Source: an uncultured Candidatus Saccharibacteria bacterium (GTDB lineage Bacteria > Patescibacteriota > Minisyncoccia > Phycocordibacterales > UBA2100). From it: a stretch of 63,459 bases of DNA. Numbering within the stretch: position 1 is the first letter of the stretch; the number at the start of each line of letters is the position of its first letter. Below, piece after piece: positions 9,139 through 16,218 of the stretch. Below the pieces are notes generated by a model. The model worked only from the letters and a program-made list of their open reading frames with translations. It searched no databases and was not told the DNA's origin. The position numbers and the translations under genes were made by a program. The stretch lies in the NCBI GenBank assembly GCA_964437185.1, contig CAYTFU010000006.1:1-63459 (forward strand), written 5' to 3'.

Positions 9139-9989
9139 CTGTTGCGAAGTAACTCGTGTATCTCGAGCACTTGCGCACCGAAATCTCCCATCGTTTGCGG
9201 TACGGATTTTCCTTCAATTGCATCGAGAAACGCGCGAATTTCTCTCGTCAGTGAACTCTCAGCACTCTCAAAGAGCACCGCTCCTTCGCGCTCGAGCATC
9301 GTGTCGTTCCATGTGAGCGTCGCGCCGTTTTCGAGGGTGATTGTCATCGTATGAGATTTTTCCTCCGAGAGTCGGTCGATGTGTGAGAAAAATTCCGACA
9401 GTCGGTACGTGAGGTGCATTTCTATCCGGTCGCAGGCACTCTCTCCCGCTTCGCGTTTCGTGATGGATCCTGCTTCGGCGACGCCGAAAAGATCGCACGC
9501 AAACGCGATGTGGTGCGTGAGAAGGTTGAGCTCAATTGGTTCTGTAAACGTGCCGTATTTTTTCCACACGCATTCGACACGCTTTACCGTGCTCGTGCGG
9601 GCGATTTCTTTGAGTTGTTGGTAGACGGGGTGGTAAAGAAAGACGTAGCCGGTCATGAGTGTGCGTTTTTGATCGCGGGCGAGCTGTGCAAGATCGTGCG
9701 CCTCTGCAGAAGTCTCCGCCACCGGCTTCTCGCAGAGGACGTGTTTACCAGCTTTGAGGACCTGCCGAGCGATGGCCGCGTGCGTCGAGATGGGCGTCGC
9801 TATCGCGACGCCCTCTATTGCAGGATCCGCGCAAATCTCTTCGATCGTCGCACGTTGTGCCCCGATATCGGCCGCACTCTCTTTTGATGCGTAATATACG
9901 AGATCGCTTGCGACTGCGAGTTCGCGCGCGACGTTTTTGCCCCATTTACCAACGCCGATGATTGCTGTTTTCGATCGCTTGGGTTCCAT
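9135..9989 (-). CDS. Gfo/Idh/MocA-family NAD(P)-dependent sugar oxidoreductase
   Basis: TAIIGVGKWGKNVAREL Rossmann motif plus the VLCEKP motif. The stop overlaps the stop of the convergent gene within the palindrome CTAG at 9135-9138. Confidence 0.7.
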   Translation of the reverse strand: MEPKRSKTAIIGVGKWGKNVARELAVASDLVYYASKESAADIGAQRATIEEICADPAIEGVAIATPISTHAAIARQVLKAGKHVLCEKPVAETSAEAHDLAQLARDQKRTLMTGYVFLYHPVYQQLKEIARTSTVKRVECVWKKYGTFTEPIELNLLTHHIAFACDLFGVAEAGSITKREAGESACDRIEMHLTYRLSEFFSHIDRLSEEKSHTMTITLENGATLTWNDTMLEREGAVLFESAESSLTREIRAFLDAIEGKSVPQTMGDFGAQVLEIHELLRNS

Positions 9990-10014
9990 AGCTCCCTACG
10001 GTAGCATACAGAGG

Positions 10015-11142
10015 ATGAACGTGCTTCTGGTCACGGGTATATTCTTCCCCGACGTCGGCGGGCCCGCCACGCATGTGCGCAAGATCGCCGAGCACTTCGC
10101 GAGCATCGGATGGAAGGTGACGGTGGTCGCCTTCGGCGACCACCCCGATCAACCCTCGGGATACCGCGTCGTCCGTATCAGCAGAAAGTGGGGAAAGCTC
10201 ATCTCATGGAAACTTTACGCGCTTGCCGTCGCGCGCGAATCGCTGCGCCACGACGTGATCTACGCATTTGATCTTACGACGGCCGGCATTCCCGCCGCAT
10301 TTTTCGCGAAGCTTTTGCGCAAGCCGTTCATCCTTCGCATCGGCGGCGACCCGATATGGGAGAGAGTGGTGGAAAAAGGGGAGCGATTCGTCCCCATGCG
10401 CGCATACTACGAGCAGAGGTTGTTTAAAAAAGATAAACCGACTTTGTACCGCATGATTCGAGCGGTCGTGCGCGAGGCAGACACCATCATTACATACTGC
10501 GATTTTCTCAGAGACATTTACACTGAGTATTACGGAGCAAAGCAGATCACCCTCATTCGCAACCCTTTCCCGCAGCGGCATGCGCCCGCGCTCGAAGAAG
10601 GCACGTTTACTTTCCTTTTTGCCGGTCGGTTCGTCACGTACAAAAATCTCCCGCGCGTCATTCGCGTTTTCCGCCGCGTTGCTTCGCGACACGATCGTGC
10701 GCGGCTCGTGCTTATAGGGGATGGGCCGGAGGAATCAGAGCTAAAAGCGCAAATCATCCCAGGCAAAATTGAGATCGTGCCGAAAATGGATCAGAAAAAT
10801 CTTTTCGCTCGCATTAATGCCGCTTCTGTATCGCTCGCTCCGGCGCTTACCGAATTCAATCCCAATTTCATTCTCGAATCGCTCGCGCTCGGCAAACCCG
10901 CGCTCATCAGCCGCGACAACGGCCTCTCAGCAAAACTCCCGGAAGCCTGGCATTTTGATCCCCTCGACGACGCTTCGCTCGAAAAGGCGATGGAACACAT
11001 GCTGGAGCCCGAAAATTATCGCGCAGCCATCCAATTCGTCGCCAACCTCGACATGTCCCAAACCTGGGATAAAGTCGTCGCCCAACATGCCGAGATTGTT
11101 CAGGGCTTAGGGATGAATCAAACCAAACCAAATAGAGGATAA
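10015..11142 (+). CDS. Glycosyltransferase family 4 (GT-B)
   Basis: MNVLLVTGIFFPDVGGPATHV N-terminus and FNPNFILESLALGKPALIS C-terminal motif. Start trimmed to the ATG at 10015. Confidence 0.65.
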   Translation: MNVLLVTGIFFPDVGGPATHVRKIAEHFASIGWKVTVVAFGDHPDQPSGYRVVRISRKWGKLISWKLYALAVARESLRHDVIYAFDLTTAGIPAAFFAKLLRKPFILRIGGDPIWERVVEKGERFVPMRAYYEQRLFKKDKPTLYRMIRAVVREADTIITYCDFLRDIYTEYYGAKQITLIRNPFPQRHAPALEEGTFTFLFAGRFVTYKNLPRVIRVFRRVASRHDRARLVLIGDGPEESELKAQIIPGKIEIVPKMDQKNLFARINAASVSLAPALTEFNPNFILESLALGKPALISRDNGLSAKLPEAWHFDPLDDASLEKAMEHMLEPENYRAAIQFVANLDMSQTWDKVVAQHAEIVQGLGMNQTKPNRG

Positions 11143-11183
11143 TGTCAGACTCTCAAGCAGAATGTACGTGGTCCATTTTTTTG

Positions 11184-11225
11184 CTCCGTACCTATTATGT
11201 CCGATCGGATATAATCGGTACGGAG
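11184..11225. repeat. 42-bp near-perfect palindrome in the 183-bp spacer between GT4 and the DUF817 gene
   Basis: CTCCGTACCTATTATGTCCGA|TCGGATATAATCGGTACGGAG, 21-nt arms with 2 mismatches. The T-run lies upstream rather than downstream, so it is not a canonical terminator. Confidence 0.6.
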
Positions 11226-11325
11226 AGACTAAGTGAAGATTAGGAACTAACAGGCCCACGAAATCCATCGCGACGAGGGAAGGGTTACTCTTGGGGAAAC
11301 TGTCAAAAACCGCTAGCATGCGGGG

Positions 11326-12117
11326 ATGGTGAGAGTGAAAGAATGGGTGAGGGAGTTGATAGTGTTTGGATTGAAACAAGCTCAGGCGGCGATATTTGCC
11401 GGGTCGTTTTTGGGGTTGTTGCTGATTTCAAATCACATCCCTCTGTTTGGTCTCGCCCGCTACGACTTTCTTTTTCTTGCAGCGGTTCTCATTCAATTCG
11501 TCCTCTACTACACCAAGCTCGAGACGAAGGACGAGGTGAAAGTGATTTTTCTTTTTCATATCATCGGCATGGTTTTGGAACTCTACAAGACGAGTGCGAT
11601 GGTGGGGTCGTGGAGCTACCCTGAAGAAGGCATTTTGAAAATCGCGACGGTACCGCTCTATAGCGGCTTCATGTATGCGGCGGTGGGAAGCTACATTAGT
11701 CAGGCGTGGAAAATATTTCGGCTCGAACTTACCGACTACAGAAACTATCTCGTGAGCGTGGCGCTCTGTACGCTCATTTATCTCAACTTCTTCACCAATC
11801 ACTTCATCTACGACGTCCGCATCTTTCTTATAGCAGCGGTGTTTGTATTTTTCTGGAAAACGCGCGTGTATTTCACGGTGACCGAGCATCCGAGATGGAT
11901 GCCGCTTAATCTCGCGTTCCTACTTATCGCGTTTTTCATTTGGGTAGCCGAAAACATCGGCACGTTTGCAGGCGCGTGGCGGTACCCCAATCAGCTGCAC
12001 GAATGGAATGTCGTGTCGACGCAGAAGGTGACGTCGTGGTTTCTGATGGTCATCATCAGTTTCATTATCGTTGCGTATCTGAAGCATTTCAAAAGAGACG
12101 TGCTTGGGGGACGGTAA
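11326..12117 (+). CDS. DUF817-family integral membrane protein
   Basis: FGLKQAQAAIFAGSFLGLLL..RYDFLFLAAVLIQ..LELYKTS..GSWSYPE..VPLYSGFMYAAVGSYISQAW matches the DUF817 pattern. Confidence 0.7.
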   Translation: MVRVKEWVRELIVFGLKQAQAAIFAGSFLGLLLISNHIPLFGLARYDFLFLAAVLIQFVLYYTKLETKDEVKVIFLFHIIGMVLELYKTSAMVGSWSYPEEGILKIATVPLYSGFMYAAVGSYISQAWKIFRLELTDYRNYLVSVALCTLIYLNFFTNHFIYDVRIFLIAAVFVFFWKTRVYFTVTEHPRWMPLNLAFLLIAFFIWVAENIGTFAGAWRYPNQLHEWNVVSTQKVTSWFLMVIISFIIVAYLKHFKRDVLGGR

Positions 12118-12200
12118 TGGCAGGAGCATGAGACAATCGAAATCCATTGCGGGGAAGTGGTGGGAGTTTGGGTTTTGTGATTTGATGTGGCGGGCAACAA

Positions 12201-13076
12201 ATGGAGGCAGTCATGCTCTTTTCAACGATAGCCGTTCTTACGGTGTTCGTGTCACAGAGCGTGCACGAACTCGGACATGCTTATGCTATGCGCGAATGCC
12301 GCGTGCGCATCATAGCGATCTCGCTCTTGGGATTGCCGGTCGAGGGCTGGGCGGTAATTAAGCTCCCGATCAACCACTCTTTTTTCCCGGGTATTGAGTG
12401 GCGCGTGCACCCGCTTTCTATCGTAGGTGCATACGTCGAGTGCGAGGAGGAAGACGTACAAAATCTTTCTCGCGCGGATCAACTCTACGTCCACGGGATG
12501 GGGCCGCTTGCAGCCGTTCTCTTTGCACTCTTCACGACTCTCGTTCTCTCAGTCCTCGTTAATTTCCTGAATGGGTTCGGAATATACCCAGGGATGGAGT
12601 TGTTGGAAGCCCCGTACCTTATCGCCTTGCCAGGGGTTATCGTCGTGATCTGGCGGGGAAGGCGGCTACTATGCAAGTATGCGCTTCCTATCTCGACCCT
12701 CACCTTCTTCGCGTATGTCGGGATGCTGATAGTCGAAGATGCGGGAATACCCATAATTACGATGGGGGAGACCCTTGAGATGATCGGCTCAATATCGCCG
12801 ATCGGAACCGAAGGATCGTCCGACATCATGCATCAGGTCGTACTGGCCATGATAGCGGGGACAGTAATGTCGATCTTGATTAACGCAGGGAATCTATTCG
12901 GATTCGTTCCTCTGGATGGGGGGAGGATTGTTCAGACCGTTCTTCCTGTTTGGGCGCAGTCTGCCTATGCCGAGGTAACTATCAGGCTACTTTGGCTGTG
13001 GCTCTCTCTTACCGTGATTCTGGCCGTTCCGATGGCGGTGGTCAAGATGTGGCTGTGGATCTCGCCATGGTTCTAA
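12201..13076 (+). CDS. Site-2-protease-like M50 family membrane zinc metalloprotease
   Basis: HExxH as HELGHAY in a TM helix, and NLFGFVPLDGGR second motif. An alternative start is the ATG at 12213, preceded by GGAGG. Confidence 0.7.
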   Translation: MEAVMLFSTIAVLTVFVSQSVHELGHAYAMRECRVRIIAISLLGLPVEGWAVIKLPINHSFFPGIEWRVHPLSIVGAYVECEEEDVQNLSRADQLYVHGMGPLAAVLFALFTTLVLSVLVNFLNGFGIYPGMELLEAPYLIALPGVIVVIWRGRRLLCKYALPISTLTFFAYVGMLIVEDAGIPIITMGETLEMIGSISPIGTEGSSDIMHQVVLAMIAGTVMSILINAGNLFGFVPLDGGRIVQTVLPVWAQSAYAEVTIRLLWLWLSLTVILAVPMAVVKMWLWISPWF

Positions 13077-13082
13077 GGTGTG

Positions 13083-13121
13083 CGGCGGTTTGGTCTCGGA
13101 CCAAACCGCCGTTTGTTTTTT
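13083..13121 (+). terminator. Rho-independent terminator
   Basis: 13-bp stem CGGCGGTTTGGTC / GACCAAACCGCCG with a 3-nt loop, followed by TTTGTTTTTT, directly after the stop at 13076. Confidence 0.85.
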
Positions 13122-13239
13122 AAATGGAAGGGGGATGACATGTTAGCAAGTGTCACCGGCCCTCGCCGTCGCGCGAGGGCCGACACTTTAGCTCCGTATG
13201 TTATTTTGAAAAAGGCTCCTAAACCGCTAGAATGCTCGG

Positions 13240-15183
13240 ATGCGTGTACTCGTACTCTCCACCGATTGGAACGCTTTTAATGAAACAAGCGCGGTCGCGA
13301 AGCGCCTGCGGATGCAGGCGCGGACGGTCGAAAGAATGGATGTTTTGGTGCCCCACGGGCCTCTGCAGCTCGTCCAGATATCGGGTAACGCCTCGGTGCG
13401 GGGATTTGGCCTAGGGCGCGTTTTGGGGTCTCTACGCACTATTGCGGCTGGCTATCGGCTGCAGCGGCCGGACGTGGTCTCGGCGCAGGACCCGTTCCTC
13501 ACTGGCCTTGTCGCATGGATCATTGCGCGCATGCGCGGTTCAAAGTTGCATCTCCAGGTGCACACCGATCTATTCGATCCGTACTTCGGCGGACTTTCGC
13601 TCGGCAATCGTCTCAAAGTCTTGCTCGCGAGATTTTTGCTTTCGCGTGCGCAGGGTATCCGCGTAGTATCAAAACGCATTGCGGATTCGCTCCAAAAACG
13701 GGGGATCAAGACGCCGGTCACCATTCTTCCTATATACGTTGATCTAGAAAATTTGATCAAGGCAGAACCACTCGACCGTAGGAATCGCTTCCCTGATTTC
13801 AAAAAGATCGTGCTCGTCGTCTCGCGGCTTGAGAAAGAAAAAAATGTCGCCGCTTCTATCCGCGCATTTGCGGAAATAGCAAAGTCGGATGCTGCTGCGG
13901 GACTTGTAATTATCGGGAGTGGATCAGAGAGGGCGTCGCTTGAGATACTCGTGCGCGAGCTCAGCATTGAAAAAAAGGTGGTGTTTGAAGGTGCACAGGA
14001 TCCGTTTCCATACTATAAGGTCGCCGATTTGTGTCTCGTCACGTCATCGTACGAAGGTTTCGGTGCCGTGATTATGGAAGCGCTTGCGGCGGGGTGCCCG
14101 GTGATTTCCTATGATGTTGGTATGGCGAGAGAAGCGGGGGCGATTATCGTGTCCGCTGCGGACTTGCCTCGCGTCGCGATAGCCACACTCTCCGAAGGCA
14201 AGAAGGGCAAGCTCACACTCAATTTTCCAAACGAGGCGGAATACCGAGAGCTCTGGCTCGCCGACATATCGCTTTCCGCCGCAGGCGCAGAAAAACGAGC
14301 AGGCGAGAAAAAGGCTGAGGCTCGACCCACGGTCGGGTACGTGGGGCAGGGATTTATCGGCAAAAATTATGCGGATGAACTTGAGAGTCGAGGCTTTACT
14401 ATCGTGCGTTACGCGCTTGAGGAGCCGTATCGAAACAACAAAGAGAAAATAAAAGAGTGCGACATTGTGTTTATCGCGGTGCCGACGCCGACAACACCGA
14501 CCGGCTTTAGCGATGCCATTGTCCGCGAAGCCGTCGCCCTGGTTGGCGAGGGGAAAGTGGCCGTGATCAAATCCACCATGCTTCCCGGCATGACCGAGAG
14601 TATTCAGAAACAATTCCCCAAAGTCTTCGTAATGCATTCGCCAGAATTTTTGCGTGAGGCGACAGCGGCGTACGATGCTGCGCACCCCGACCGCAACATC
14701 GTAGGCATCTGCGATGATTCAGTGGAAGCGCGAGCACTTGCTCAAAAAGTGATTTCTATTCTTCCGCCAGCGCCCTTCGAGCTCGTGTGCTCTGCGGTCG
14801 AGGCCGAATTCATTAAGTATGCGGGCAACAATTGGCTCTACATCAAGGTGGTCTACATTAATATCCTCTATGATTTTGTACACAAACTCGGTGGCAACTA
14901 CGAGGCAGTACGCGACGCATTTGCCGCAGACCCGCGTATCGGGCGCTCTCACCTCGACCCAATTCATCAGAGCGGCCACGGTGGACCGCCGGGCCGTGGC
15001 GCTGGGGGGCATTGTTTCATCAAAGACTTCGCAGCGTTTCGCGCAAAATATGAAGAATTGTTTCCGCAAGATCGAGCCGGTATCGAGGCACTACGGGGAA
15101 TGGAGCACAAAAATGTCCAGCTTTTGCGCGATACGCAGAAGGATCTCGATCTTCTTGCTGGTGTGTACGGTGAGCGTTCATGA
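13240..15183 (+). CDS. Fusion protein: N-terminal GT4 glycosyltransferase plus C-terminal short UDP-glucose/GDP-mannose dehydrogenase-like domain
   Basis: GT4 motif TSSYEGFGAVIMEALAAGCPVISYD. K/E/A-rich linker AGAEKRAGEKKAEARP. Then VGYVGQGFIGKNYA Rossmann motif, and GAGGHCFIKD with the catalytic-type Cys codon at 15013-15015. Confidence 0.7.
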   Translation: MRVLVLSTDWNAFNETSAVAKRLRMQARTVERMDVLVPHGPLQLVQISGNASVRGFGLGRVLGSLRTIAAGYRLQRPDVVSAQDPFLTGLVAWIIARMRGSKLHLQVHTDLFDPYFGGLSLGNRLKVLLARFLLSRAQGIRVVSKRIADSLQKRGIKTPVTILPIYVDLENLIKAEPLDRRNRFPDFKKIVLVVSRLEKEKNVAASIRAFAEIAKSDAAAGLVIIGSGSERASLEILVRELSIEKKVVFEGAQDPFPYYKVADLCLVTSSYEGFGAVIMEALAAGCPVISYDVGMAREAGAIIVSAADLPRVAIATLSEGKKGKLTLNFPNEAEYRELWLADISLSAAGAEKRAGEKKAEARPTVGYVGQGFIGKNYADELESRGFTIVRYALEEPYRNNKEKIKECDIVFIAVPTPTTPTGFSDAIVREAVALVGEGKVAVIKSTMLPGMTESIQKQFPKVFVMHSPEFLREATAAYDAAHPDRNIVGICDDSVEARALAQKVISILPPAPFELVCSAVEAEFIKYAGNNWLYIKVVYINILYDFVHKLGGNYEAVRDAFAADPRIGRSHLDPIHQSGHGGPPGRGAGGHCFIKDFAAFRAKYEELFPQDRAGIEALRGMEHKNVQLLRDTQKDLDLLAGVYGERS

Positions 15184-16217
15184 AGTTGCTTATCACGACA
15201 CAAATCGTCGACCGCACAGATCCGTTTCTCGGGTTTTTTCATCGGTGGATTGTTGAACTCGCGAAGCACTTTGAATCGATTGAGGTGATTTGCTTGTACG
15301 AAGGCAAGCACGAGTTGCCAGCAAATGTGCGCGTACACTCGCTTGGGAAAGATCGTGGCGCGCGATCAAAGATCGCGTATACGGTTCGATTTCTCACGCT
15401 CGCATGGAAGTTGCGTGGGTCGTACGATTCTGTCTTCGTGCACATGAATCAAGAATACGTACTGTTGGCGGGATGGCTCTGGAGTGTTCTGCGCAAGCCG
15501 ATCTACCTCTGGCGCAACCACTACGCAGGTGGTTTTCTTACCGACGTTGCAGCAATGTTCGCGGAGAAAATATTTTGCACGTCGCGATTTTCCTACACAG
15601 CGAAATACCCAAAGACAGTGATCATGCCGGTTGGCGTCGACGCCGATTCGTTTACACACACGAGCGTAAAAAGAGCAGAGCGATCAATACTCTTTTTCAG
15701 CAGATTCGCGCCAGCAAAAAAGCCTCACGTTTTGCTCGACGCGCTCATAGCCCTTCAAAAAGAGGGCATACAATTCACCGCGACGTTCTACGGGACGCCG
15801 CTGCCGCGCGATGCTGCGTATCGAGAGAAGCTCGTGGCACGCGTACGGGAGCTCGGCCTTACCGACACCATTCGATTTCATTTGGGTGTGCCGCATAGTG
15901 AAGCGCCTGCGGTTTTCAGCTCTCACGAAATATTTGTAAACCTCGCATCGAGCGGCACCTACGACAAAACAATGTTTGAGGCGGCGGCGAGCAGGTGTCT
16001 CGTGCTTGCCGCGAGCAAAGACTTTGCTGCAATTGTAGGAGAGCGCTATCACGTCGATGAGAATGCAGCGGCGGTGACTCAAAAGCTGCGCGAGTTTCTT
16101 GCGCTTTCCGGCAACGAGCGAGCTACACTCGCATCAGCAGAGCGCGAGATCGTGCTCGCTGGGCACGGCCTGCAGACGCTCGGTGAACGACTTCGGGAAG
16201 AAATACATCGGAAATAG
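15180..16217 (+). CDS. Glycosyltransferase (GT-B, family 4/1-like)
   Basis: ATGA overlap with the upstream gene. MKLLITTQIVDRTDPFLGFF N-terminus and GT-B C-terminal half (FFSRFAPAKKPHVLLDAL..TYDKTMFEAAASRCLVLA). Confidence 0.6.
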   Translation: MKLLITTQIVDRTDPFLGFFHRWIVELAKHFESIEVICLYEGKHELPANVRVHSLGKDRGARSKIAYTVRFLTLAWKLRGSYDSVFVHMNQEYVLLAGWLWSVLRKPIYLWRNHYAGGFLTDVAAMFAEKIFCTSRFSYTAKYPKTVIMPVGVDADSFTHTSVKRAERSILFFSRFAPAKKPHVLLDALIALQKEGIQFTATFYGTPLPRDAAYREKLVARVRELGLTDTIRFHLGVPHSEAPAVFSSHEIFVNLASSGTYDKTMFEAAASRCLVLAASKDFAAIVGERYHVDENAAAVTQKLREFLALSGNERATLASAEREIVLAGHGLQTLGERLREEIHRK

Positions 16218-16218
16218 T

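Noticed and set aside
16099-16218. 40-codon N-terminal extension of the GT-B::GT-C fusion ORF
   Set aside because: It lies entirely inside the 3' end of the preceding GT gene. The ATG at 16219, directly after that gene's stop, gives a typical GT N-terminus (MKFVYFGIYDP).
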